A DNA stretch of 64,000 bases from Callorhinchus milii. Taxonomy: Eukaryota. The DNA lies in contig NW_024704742.1 of assembly GCF_018977255.1 (NCBI RefSeq), positions 131,628,001 to 131,692,000 on the forward strand, given 5' to 3'. The translations under genes were made by a program, and so were the position numbers. The notes under the pieces were generated by a model. It ran no database searches and had not been told where the DNA came from. It saw nothing but the letters and a program-made list of their open reading frames with translations. Positions 23,601 to 34,859 of this stretch are shown one piece after another. Position 1 is the stretch's first letter. Each line of letters opens with the position of its first letter.

Positions 23601-24021
23601 TATATATGAGGTAGTGCTTTCATCCACAGGAAGATCAATGAAAGTCAGTAAGGACAAAATAAGTGCCTTGACTTCTAACTAAATACCTTTATTTTTATTG
23701 ACCACGAATGTGCTATTAATGACATTTTTGCTATCCATTTACCATAAAATCCTGAGGTTTCAGCACTGTGCATCTCCAGTGGAACAGTTTGTACAGTACT
23801 CAAAATAATCACTCTTCCCATTCGAAGGCTAAATGAAAACTTAGCTACAGTTAATGAATAGCAGATCATTTTATCCCTTCCCCCATTATTGTGACTATAA
23901 CTCATCTGGATTAGGCTGTAGATATTCATTGGTACCCCACTGGCAAGTTATAAATCCAGGCAGCCCAACCTGGACAAAACGCTTCTATCATTTATACCGT
24001 CCATTAATCTGATCCAACTCA

Positions 24022-25109
24022 GAAAGAGGAAAGAAGCATCCTCTGAATTGTAAATGGACCAAATGCAAGTCTGTATCTGAAGTCAGAATTAATGAGTCTA
24101 TCTTACGCCAATCACAAAGTCAGTGATATTTCCCATCTGTTTTATAATGGGATTTCCATTCTAAATGAATATCAATTCACATTTTGCATCATTTAAGTGC
24201 TTTATTTGGAATAGCAATAAGGTGCTGTTGGAAGAAATGTTTAGAGCAAAGAGATACCTGCAGTAGAGATGGTGGGGGCGGGGAATTGGCCTGTCACTTT
24301 GTATTCTCAGTTGAATGATTACCCAAGCACACAATCTGTAATCAGATAACATTCTGTATTATCAAGCAATAATGCTTGTTGTTCTAGCATTATATATGTT
24401 GACCCTTTTGCATATATCTCATTTCATGTTGCCATGAGTGGCTTCAGAATACAATGAGAATTCTGCACCATCAAAGATCAAATAGGTTTTGTCAAGCTGA
24501 CAAGAATGCTGTTGTGCAGAGAAATGTAAATGGAATGTAATGGAATGTGGTTGTCAGCGGGATGACAGGCAATGTAATTTTATTGCAGCATCAAGTAAAA
24601 CACTGATGTAGCATTACACTGGCACAATTACCTTTCTATAATGTTATCAGTCCTTGATAGTCAACCACTCCTAGTTAATGGAACCGTACCTGACAATCAA
24701 ACAGCATCCCTTGGTAGCTTTTGACCTGAGATTATGGTCAGTGTTACGTATGGCAGGTTTAAGCCGCAAGCTCCTTGACTATTCCCTAATAATGTGTGTT
24801 TACATCCTGCTGCACCACCAAGGGTGAAACACTCTCCTATTCCGAGGACACAGAACAATAAGTTCTATTGCAAGTATCTCTCTCCTGTAAACTTTTCTTC
24901 CAATTGCACCTTATTGCTATTCCAAATAAAGTACCTGAATAATACAAAATGTGAATTCATATTAATTTAAAATGGAAATCCTATTATAAAACAGATAGAA
25001 AATATCACTTACTTTGTGATCGGTGCAAGATAGAGTCGTTAATTCTTACTTCAGATGCAGACTTGCATTTGGTCCATTTACAATTCAGAAAATGCCTGTT
25101 TCCTTTTTC
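24022..25109. repeat. long inverted repeat (arms 24022-24266 and 24865-25109, ~600-bp spacer)
   Basis: 245-bp arms are reverse complements, e.g. ctgaattgtaaatggaccaaatgcaagtctg / cagacttgcatttggtccatttacaattcag; roughly 85% identity by eye. Confidence 0.93.
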
Positions 25110-25412
25110 AAGACAGCAGAACAAGAAGATGCAGGTTTAGAGCTGAAAAGGGCAATTTCAGGACAGAAGTCAGGAAGTTTTTTTCTTTATCCAGAGGGTA
25201 ACTAATGACTGGAAGAGGTTTGTTCTATTTGATCTCATCCCTCCACAACATCCATCCTATTCTTCCCCGATAACTGCATCAAGCTGATTTTTAAATGAGT
25301 CCACTGTCCTGGCCTTCACCACCCTTCCTGGCAACCTTTTTCAGTCATTGATTACTCTCTCTGTAAGAGCTACCTGTTTAGTGCTACTCCCCTGTCTTTT
25401 CCCCCAAACCCA

Positions 25413-26459
25413 TGTTAGAAAATAAAATCAGTCAAATCTGTAAGGAAATAACGCTAATTCCTCTAACCAGATATCAGACTGTTTTATTATTATTTGTTCG
25501 TTAATCCCCACTATCCCGATGGGTCAGACCAAAGGCCGGTACAATCAACAGATCTTATAACAGAATAACACCACTATAGATATCTCGAGTTCAAGAGTTC
25601 AGCACTGTGTCTTTCCAGCACACAAGCTTGATTCTTCATGCTTTCAGTCTTCTTGCTTACAGCTTTCAATCTTCCATCTGATATCCTCAGTCTTAGTGTT
25701 TCCAGCTCTCAGCCTTCCATCTCCGTACGCTTGTCTCCCCAGCCCGGGATGGCCCCATCTCCCGTATCCTTGTCTCTGCGACCCGGGACGGCACCATCTC
25801 TCTTATCCTTGTCTCCGCGACCCGGGACGGTCCCGTACACAAAGTTAACAGAACTCTTATACCAATGTTCATCCAATCATGGTGCGGACATTAGATCACC
25901 TGGTCGAAATCATGCTGGGTTCACGTGAACACCTCATGGGGTGTACGTGCCTCAGCCCACATACACATTGTCCTTAGGACCCCTGTTATCTGATCTAATT
26001 GTCTAAGATAGAGGATTGATCAGTTTAGGACTGTATCTGGTGCTCATTATTTTGTGGTGTGGGATCATTAGTACATTCCTTTTAAGTGACTGGTTATTTC
26101 TTATCAGTATCCCGGGATGGTACCAATGTCCTCTAGTTTAAGCAACTTGCTCATTAATTGCTATTCTTGAGGGTTGCCTTCTGTCGCTCGGCAGGCTCTG
26201 TCAGAATCTAGCGACTTATTGCTCAGTCGAGATCCTGTGTCGACTAGTACCTTGGACCGTTACCTCTGTGGCTTGTTGTCATTTACTGATAAGAGGTGAC
26301 CCCTGCCCTTGTCTGTTATTCTTTCAAAAACAGAGAAAGCCAGATGTGACCTATCCCATGACTGTCAGTCCAGTTGTCCCCCACATTTAACTTAAAAGTT
26401 AACCCATTCACAACATCTATTATGATTCTAGCAGTATACAAAAAGTGTATATTCTAACA
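25413..26459 (-). mobile_element. solo LTR of an endogenous retrovirus (ERV1-like)
   Basis: TG...CA ends with 8-bp inverted termini tgttagaa / ttctaaca; 4-bp TSD ccca (25409-25412, 26460-26463); minus-strand ATTGG plus TATAAG near 25860 and AATAAA near 25485; CpG-rich. Confidence 0.88.
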
Positions 26460-28257
26460 CCCATATTGAGCTTTTTAATTATCATTACCCTTATTTCTCA
26501 TGCAACACCTTTGTGTCCACATAGAGTCTCGAATCCGAGAGACTATGAAAACGGGCTTTGTGTTGAGCACAGACAAGTCATTAGGTGTGACACTTCTCTA
26601 AGAGTTCTATAGGTCAATCTCTAATCAAAAGCCATTTGAAGTTGCAATATGACAGCTCTCTGGAGAGTTTTATAGGTCAATGTTTAATTGAATGTCATAT
26701 GGAGTAACATGTGACCAGTCTTTTTTGTGGAATGCAATCATTTATTTAACTATTTCCGCAACTTGCCCGAATTTCAAGGGTGTTTAAAGTCTATTGTTTC
26801 GAAGCACTAAGTGACAAGTGGAGCAGGGTGCTGCATATTACAGGTTAAAGATTGCCAACGAAGAGCTGTAAAGAAATGGGACGTTCGACATTTATATGGA
26901 GTATTTGTTGTATGCTTTCAAATAGTTATAAATGCCAGTCTGTGTTGCACTTTTGTACAATGAAACGCCATTATAATAATGACCTTTATGGGAACGTGAC
27001 ACAAGCTCATTGGCATATCACAAAATCAAACATTGGACTGATCACTGTCTGTGTTGAGTATTGTTCCATCTCTGCAGAAGGACTTGTACCCAGATGAGAA
27101 TCTTTCACTTACAAGAAGCAGAATGGTCTGGTCTCAAGATGTTTATGCAATTAGCTGCTGCGTTTTGCCAACAAAATACACAGTCAATCCTCTTTACAAT
27201 ATATTCAGTGAAGCACTTTGATGCATCTCAATGACGTGATAAGGCACTATATCAACTGCAAGGATTGTTATTAATTTGCAATATCCATCTCTGCCTGTAA
27301 TTTCACTCTGCGACCGTTTGTGGGACGTTGCTGTATGAAAATCGCCTGCCGCAATTCACCCACAAAATACACAGTCACTTCATTTCACATCGAACCCTGT
27401 GAAGTGCTTTATGACGTCCTCCCCACTTGAAAAGCGTTGTATCAAATGTAAGGATTATTATGATTAGGATTGTAATTGCTACGATATTAGGCATACAGGT
27501 GGCAGAGAATCACATCACAATGCATTCTCCGCTATCTGCTGCAGAAAATACGTTTTCAGGCCTCGGAGGGGCTGGTGGGGTAAAGCAATCTGAAAGCCCA
27601 ATGCTTTCTTCAGGCAAGGATTAAAAAATAGAGAGGTGGAACATGCTCGCTATATCTAAAAGGTTAATGAGGCTGGCAAGAGGATTAAGGGATTCAAATT
27701 ACTGTTGATTTTCAGTGCACAATGTCTGTCTTTTGGAGTGCTGCTACATTTAATAGATTGCAGACTCCAGCTAGCTCCTACTGCAGGAGAAAGATTTTTT
27801 GACCATCCTGTCAACAGTTCCAGAGTGGTCCTTTTAAACAGCAGAGGTGCAAAAGGAGTAATTTCTACATTATGCCTATATACATTTTGTAGGAACTTTA
27901 GCAAAATCTCGGCGGGAGAGACAGCAAAAAAAATAAGGTGAATGACCAATTAGCCTTCCCTCAGACTGATCCTGTATAGATCAACTAATTATTTTTCAAG
28001 TTGTGACATTGCTGCTAACATCTCTTGATCAATATTATGTAGTTGTAGCTCTGGGTTTCATTCCTGCTCTGCACAATGCATTTCATTAGAGTTAATTAGA
28101 CCTGCAGTAAAAGTGCTTTCATCGGTTACCAGTATTGGAGCTATTCTGTCAGCTTGCTGAACACGGACCTGCAACCATTAACACACAGGCTGCAAACATT
28201 TAGTAGGGCCAATGCAATATCCGCTTGTGTTGGGAGTAAACTAAGTGCTTGGATTCA

Positions 28258-28650
28258 TTAATAATAATCCTTGTATTTTATGTTGTACCTTTAACTTCAC
28301 AACATCTCAAAGTGCTTCATGGGTTCTTGCTTTCAAGCGTAACGACTGTCAGGAAATTCAGCAGGCTAATTTGCACACAACAGTTTTGCACAACCAACTA
28401 CAAAATGAACGACTAATTTATCCGGGGGGATTATTGGCCAGGACATTGGGAAAAACATGCTTCTCTTTTCAAGAGATCTTTAATGTTTATTTAAACAGGC
28501 AGTCGGGACCTCAGTTTAATATCTCTTATGAAGGGTGGCAAGCACATCTGACAACAGGGAGCTTCTGGTTTCATTTTGCACTGGATTCTCATCCTGAGTC
28601 CCTCAAAGTCCCAAAGTGGGGTTTGAACCCACAACCTTCTTATCCCGAGG
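28258..28650 (-). mobile_element. Deu/SacSINE-like SINE
   Basis: tail, ttggccaggaca, ctcagtttaatatctc, gtttgaacccacaaccttct. Confidence 0.8.
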
Positions 28651-28654
28651 CAAG

Positions 28655-29010
28655 AGAGAAGGGCGGGAGGCAAAAGGACTCTGGGATGGAGTTCCAGAAA
28701 TGCTGAAGGCCTGACTGCCGCTGGTGGGATAGGCAGTCGGAAGAGGTGAAGCAAGTTAGTGCCTGCCGAGTGGAGGGAGCGACCAGGTTGGTAAGATTTT
28801 AGAAGGTCACAGAGGGTAGAGTGGGGCAAAATCCTGGAGGGCTTTTTAAAAAACTGAGTAAGAGGATCTTGAACTCGATGGGGAGCCAGTGGAGCCGAGT
28901 GACGATGGGGGTGGTAGGCTTACGGAGGCAAGTGCGGGAAAGTTAACAAGCTTCAGGGTTCCGAATAGTCTGCAGCTTGTTGAAGGAAGGGTTGGGCGGT
29001 CTGGCAAGCA
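28655..29010 (-). mobile_element. old L2 ORF2 C-terminal fragment
   Basis: ggatcttgaactcgatggggagccagtggagccgag is the reverse complement of RLHWLP..IEFKI. Confidence 0.8.
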
Positions 29011-29589
29011 GATATAGTGCCTTCTTAAGTCATCGAGATGTCGCAAACACTTCATAGGATTTTACTGTTAAGTGTAGTCACTGTGTGTTTGTAGGTGAAC
29101 ACGGCGGTACAGCAATATCCCATAAATAGCTGTGAAGTGAGTGACCAATTTTATTTGGGGAAGAATTGTTGGCCAGGCTTCGGAGGTGAGAGTGCAAGCA
29201 ACAGAGCCAGACTGACACCTATATGTGTATCTCTAATTCACCTCTATACAGCCTGCACATTCTGATGCTTAGCTTTGGTGTAAACGTTCAAAATATAAAA
29301 TATAATTGTTCAGAGTTTTCATAAAAGCGTTATTATTGTCGAGGGATTAGTGGGGCTGTCCAGGTGAAAAAAATAGATAGTGGACAAAATCTTCCAACTT
29401 GGGGATGTAATAACATAATAATAATAATCCTTGGATTTTATGCAGTACCTTATGACATTGTTGAAACATCTGAAAGAGCTTTGCTGAATTCTTACTGAAG
29501 TGTAGTGACTGTGCATCTGTAGGCGAACCTGACAGCCAATTTATGGTGAGTGGGAGCTCTAACCTGACCTGAATATTAAACGTGATCTT

Positions 29590-29815
29590 AACATTCGAGC
29601 TAGGATAGTTAGAGGTGAGATGAAAACATGTTTCCTCGCGTAGAAAGTTGTGAAAATGTGGAATATACTGCCCCAGGAGGCTGGACAGGCAGAATCAATG
29701 TAGATATTTAAAAAGGTGATAAAGCTAAAGATATTTGGGAGGTAAATGAAATAGGGTTTAAACATCTGCTGTGATCCACTAAACTGACTCAACAAGCTCA
29801 ATGGCCTGTTCCTAT
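29590..29815 (+). mobile_element. CR1 3' end
   Basis: gttgtgaaaatgtggaatatactgccccaggagg...atggcctgttcct. Confidence 0.7.
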
Positions 29816-29954
29816 AATAATAATAAAGTATAAAATAAATATAGTTCCTACAGCCATCGGTGCAACTGGGACTCAAGCTCTCAGGGACGCTATCCTTTGT
29901 GAGGGGGCATTATCTAAATTAAGTTTTTTTTGTTGTTGTTAATAAGACTATTTA

Positions 29955-30115
29955 AAAACGTCCTACAAAGAGTAGCTATTTTAGGCAGCTCAAACATAGT
30001 AAGAAACGTAACATTCATTCATATATAATGTGGCAGTGTTATTGGTCTGGCTGACCCATCACGAAAAATCACTTAGAAATTACATCTCTAGAGTGATTTA
30101 AACTGTAATAACAAA
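29955..30115 (+). mobile_element. R4/Dong-clade LINE 3' terminus
   Basis: translates to LQRVAILGSSNIVRNV (R4-type C-terminus LQK.A.LG...ILR.V) plus the shared 3' UTR. Confidence 0.7.
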
Positions 30116-30339
30116 CAAAAATAACAATAATAACCACAGTAATAATTATTGTCATCCTTGGATTCTTATGTAATGCCTTATCACATGGTCAAGAAACCTT
30201 AAAGTGCTTTGCTGGATTCTTCCTGTGAAGTGTAGTGACTGGCTATATATAGGGAAACATGACGGCTCTGAACTGACCTGAAAACTGATCTGGAGCCACC
30301 GGAGCCAATGAATCCTTAGTGCTGGTAAATACCAAACCT

Positions 30340-30685
30340 TAACTCCCTCGGTTCAGCGAGCTCCGGTCTGCTCCATGTATCTTGCCCGACCCGCCCTACC
30401 ATTGGTGGCCGGGCTTTCAGCTTCTCTGCCCCCACACTCTGGAACTCTATCCCACGGTCCCTTCGCCTCGCTTCCTCCCTTGCCTCCTTCAAGGCCGGTC
30501 TCAAGACGCCTCTCTTCGATCGTGCCTTTGATCTCCCTCCCACCTCTCTGCCTTCCCTCACCCCTACACCACCCCTCCCCCATGCTCGGGTCCCGACCCC
30601 TGACTGTTCAGCACTTTGAGACGTCCTCTCAACGCGAAAGATGCTCTATAAAGGTAATTTTGTTGTTGCTGTTATCGTTGTTGTT
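30340..30685 (+). mobile_element. L2 3' fragment
   Basis: ggtggccgggctttcagc...ctctggaactc...ttcaaggccggtctcaagac; (TTG)n tail. Confidence 0.88.
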
Positions 30686-31689
30686 AACTGTCCGATTCTC
30701 TAACCCGAGTCCCTTCGCCTTCCCCCCGCCCTCACCTCCTTTAAGATCTGTCTTAAGAATCTCCTCTTGAACTGTGCATCTGTCATCTTGCTAACTCCCA
30801 GCCCCACTCCCCTTGGCCTTCAACCCTCTTGAATGCTGTGAGGTGCCAGTTCCCACATGGTATCGATCTCCCAGTAAGCTCAGTAGAGCCATTGTAGCTT
30901 CCTTTCCGTAGCACACATCTCCGAGGTGACTCGGCCCAGGATTTGGATTCCACAGACCATCCTCAAGTGAAAATGTCTCTGTTATTTTATAAGAATGTTG
31001 TTTTCCTCCATTTCCAGAGCAAGTACTTTGAACAATGAGTACTCCCTCTGGACATTGCTTCGCCCTTTAAGTGCACAACTGCATTGAATCAGCTTTTCAG
31101 AGACTGTGCTGACGGGGCACATTGTGAAGTTGAATAAAGAACCCACTGGGTAGAAAGGAAGCAATTGAGTATGTTGTGAATAGGAGGCATCATTACCTGG
31201 TGTCAGAAGTGCTGGAAACTGCTGATGGAAGCTCAAAATAGGATAGATACAGATACATAAGGGCAGCCAATGTCTGAAAAACTAGAAACTCCTGACTGCT
31301 CCAAACTCCTGTCAGTCCAGACAGGTGGATGATAAAGAACAAAAACAAATCACATTTGCATAGCGCCTTTCACGACAGGAGGACATCCCGAAGTTGAACA
31401 GTTGAGGATCCCTATCAGAGATGGTGGTTATCAAGAACTCGCGACACTGTTTGGAAAAAAAGGAATTTCTCCCACAATGTATGGTCGAAGACTTCAATGT
31501 TACAGATGACTGAATTCAGCAATTTGCTGTTGACAACTTCTTGATGTTCGAGAATGGAATAGAGTAAATCTACCATCAGGTGGAATTTCTGTGAGATCTG
31601 GAGGTTGAGAAGTAAACAACCTGAGCACGGTCGATACCTTTTAAGGGGTGGGAGCTGAAGAGGGTGAAGGGGGAAGGGGGTCAAAGAAT

Positions 31690-31990
31690 GATGACCCCAT
31701 TTATTAGCATTATTAACACCTCTATTCCCCTGGTTTGTTGCAATCCCCCATTTTTGTTTTGCATTATTAACACCTCTTTAACCCATCATCCCATGTCCTC
31801 TCCCCATTTTCTCCTTTGTCTTCCTTGCCCTGCCTCCCCCCTCTCTGTTAGCCCTTAAAAGCATTTCCCTCCCAACATGCCCCAGTTCTGACAAAGTTGT
31901 TGTGGACCCGAAAAGTTGACTAATTTTCCTTTCTCCATAAATGCTGCCTGACCTGCTGAGTATTCCCAGCAACATCTGTTTTAGTTTCAA
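31690..31990 (+). mobile_element. Penelope-like element 3' end with degenerate hammerhead-ribozyme core
   Basis: pyrimidine-rich tract, then cagttctgacaa...gacccgaaaagttgac...gctgcctgacctgctgagtattcccagca, resembling shark Penelope termini as recalled. Confidence 0.7.
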
Positions 31991-33143
31991 AGAATGATGA
32001 TATGAGACGGGCTTTGAAAGTGGGGGAGATTGGCAGGAGGTTCAGTATAGGAACTTCGGGATTGAGTTCCAGAAAGCGGGGGCAGAATGGCTGATATCCG
32101 ATGGTGGGATGGATAGGTCGGAGGACATGAAGCAACAACAACAACAAAAATTATATTTGTATAACGCTTTTCAGGTCGGAAGGACGTCCCAGGCTTACGT
32201 TTGCTAAACAAAGGAACAGCCCAGTAGGCCGGGTTGTAGGAGGTCACAGAGGTGGAGGGGGTGAGGCCAGGAAAGGGATTGAATGCGACAGTTCTTAGTC
32301 TTTCCAAATTAAGATTGAATCGAAGAATTTTTCACAGTTCTGGGCTTAAATTTTGAGACAAAATGGACTCGCAGGCTGTGGCCAATTGAAATTTTGGACA
32401 CTGTGTGTCTTAACATGTCTTGAGTTACAGGAGTTATTATGCTTTAGTACATGAAGGTTAAAGAGAATATATCTTTTCAGTTTTATTGCTGAATTTATAC
32501 TGCTTTCATTGCTTCCTGCAATGCTGTACCATAGACTATGTGGTGCACAGGATCAGCGATGGACCTCCTATTAACATTAACTGCTGCTAACCTCCCATTA
32601 ACAGGATCTACTTACAAGCTCCCATTAACAGGTGCTATCTACTCATAATATCACACAATGAAATCCATAAGAAGTGAGTGGTGTTTCAGCAATAAATGTC
32701 TGGTGTAAAATAAGGTTTCCAGATGATAATGCTGGGATTTATTGAGGGATTCACTAGCTGTAAAGATTTGAATGCAAGTCAGTGCCCGAAGTAATCCAAA
32801 GGTGAGCAAATTGAAAGGGACATGAGACTATGGGATGACATGGTCAGTGTTTCTTAATTGACTATTCTCTGGCCAGGTGGGGTGGTGGGGTAAAGTTGGG
32901 TCCCCTTGGAGCTAAACTGGCTCCAAGGTGACAGGCGTACCAATGGAATATCAAAATTGAGTTAACTCTCTGTAGTGGTCTCCAGTTCCTGAGCCCAGTG
33001 GGTCCGTGCAGTATTCAAATGCATTGCTTGATGACGGCCTAGACAACCTGGCTTATCAGATCAATTCTATCTGGGGGATTGTTGGCCATAACATTGGGAG
33101 AAACTCCCTTCTTTCTTCAAGTTCAAGTCTCTTCTCTTCAAGT

Positions 33144-33445
33144 GGAGTCCTGCAGCTCAGTGGTTAGAGCACTCGCCTTGCAAGTGAGACACCTGGGTTC
33201 AATCCCAGGCAGGGCAAAACCTTGGGCAAGTTTCCTTACTCCACACGCCTAATAATATTCCCTCCAAAACAAAAAAACAATAATAAATTGGTAATTTTCA
33301 ATCCGTGACTGTTTGTGGGCCACTGCTGTGTGCGTTTCATCCACAAATATTAAGTCAATTCACTTTACAATCTATTCTGTGAAGCGCTTTGAGAAGTCTA
33401 GAAGACATGAAAGGTGCTATATCAAATGCAAGGATTATTATTATT
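33144..33445 (+). mobile_element. full-length short-subfamily SINE inserted in a minus-strand Deu-type SINE
   Basis: ggagtcctgcagctcagtggttagagc head to (ATT)n; host pieces at 33065-33120 and 33450-33650. Confidence 0.92.
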
Positions 33446-34387
33446 TACATTAGTGCCATGGGATCAGGCAAACGGGAACGCAGTTTAATATCTCATTCGA
33501 AGCATTGCATCTCTAACAATGCGGCAAAACACCCCCATCACCACATTGGAGTACCATCCTGGTCTATATGAGTTCAAAGTCCCTATGTGGGGCTTGAACC
33601 CACAAACATCAGAGGCGAGAGTGCTACCAACTGAACCAGGCTGACACCTAGAAGGTTTCTCAAAAATAGCCTGACCTTAAAAATCTCTGAACCTTCTAAA
33701 TTTTGCTGAAATGGCCCAGAAATTAATTGTGGTTTATGGGAAAGATACACTGTAGGCTATATTTGACTGGTCAAATGGAGTGCAATGTTTTTCTTTTCCG
33801 ATCCTTTACCTTCCTATGCTCCTATTGATGGATGCTATCCTTCAGGTCAAGCTTTTCTTGTCTTGTGGAAATGCATTGTTTTATTGTCTGTGCGAGTGTC
33901 TGCAGCATGTGAGAGTATTACCTTACACGTACTGTCCATGAGCATAATTAAAACATTGGCTAACACATTTGTACAGTCTGTACATTTAATGCTAACCAAT
34001 GCAATCTGTAAGTGCCTTTCACATTGGGAGAACATCCCAAAGTGCATTCACAGTGCTGGATAAACACTCGAGCTGGGAATGGGAACTGAGAGGGTGGGGA
34101 GGGGATAATCATTGAGCTGAATACAGAAAGAGGATAAAAACAATTACAGAAGCCAACAAAGCATTGGCAGCAACTGCAAAATAATGCTAAACATTCTTTG
34201 AATAGTATAACAAACAGTACAGTACAGTTTACAGTATATTCTGTGAAGCACTTTAAGATGTCTAGAAGAAGTGAAAAGCGCTCTATCAAATGCAAGGATT
34301 ATTATTAGTAGTAGTATCAGGGTAATCAGGGAAGATGTTAAAATGCAGAGGGACTTGAAGGGTTTTAAAAAAGAAAATCAACAGAAA

Positions 34388-34777
34388 ATAATAATAACAA
34401 TAATCCTTGCATTTGATATAGCGCTTATCACATCTTCTAGACATCTCAAAGCGCTTCACAGAATACACTGTAACATGAATTGACTGTTTATTTATGGGCG
34501 AAACGCAGCAGCCAATTGTGCACAATAGTGTCCCACAAACAGTCGTGAATTGAAGTTACCAATTTATTATTTTTTAAAAAGGAAAAGCGATCCCGCAATC
34601 GACTAACAACTGGGTTACTACTTACTGCTAGGTAAACAGAGATGTGTATTTTTTTTGAGGGATTATTATCAGGCGTGTGGAGTAAGGAAACTTGCCCAAG
34701 GTTTCACCCTGCTTGGCATCGACCCCAGGTCTCTGACTTGCAAGGTGAGTGCTCTAACCACTGAGCTACAGGACTCC
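34388..34777 (-). mobile_element. chimeric SINE (short-type 5' half joined to long-type 3' half)
   Basis: contains both the short-type junction (ccacacgcctgataataatccc) and the long-type middle segment. Confidence 0.8.
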
Positions 34778-34859
34778 ATATATAATGTATTTATGAAACA
34801 TGTATTTTATTTTTTGTTTTACCAGGAAAGATGCTAAAAGCAAATCCCCAACATCCAAC

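Noticed and set aside
24530..24552. miR-1/miR-206-like sequence (tggaatgtaa...)
   Set aside because: Only the first ~10 nt match and no complementary 5' arm forms a pre-miRNA hairpin
25717..25835. CRISPR-like or regularly spaced repeats (also 52384-52552)
   Set aside because: Tandem units without unique spacers, inside an LTR and a hAT end, in eukaryotic DNA with no cas genes
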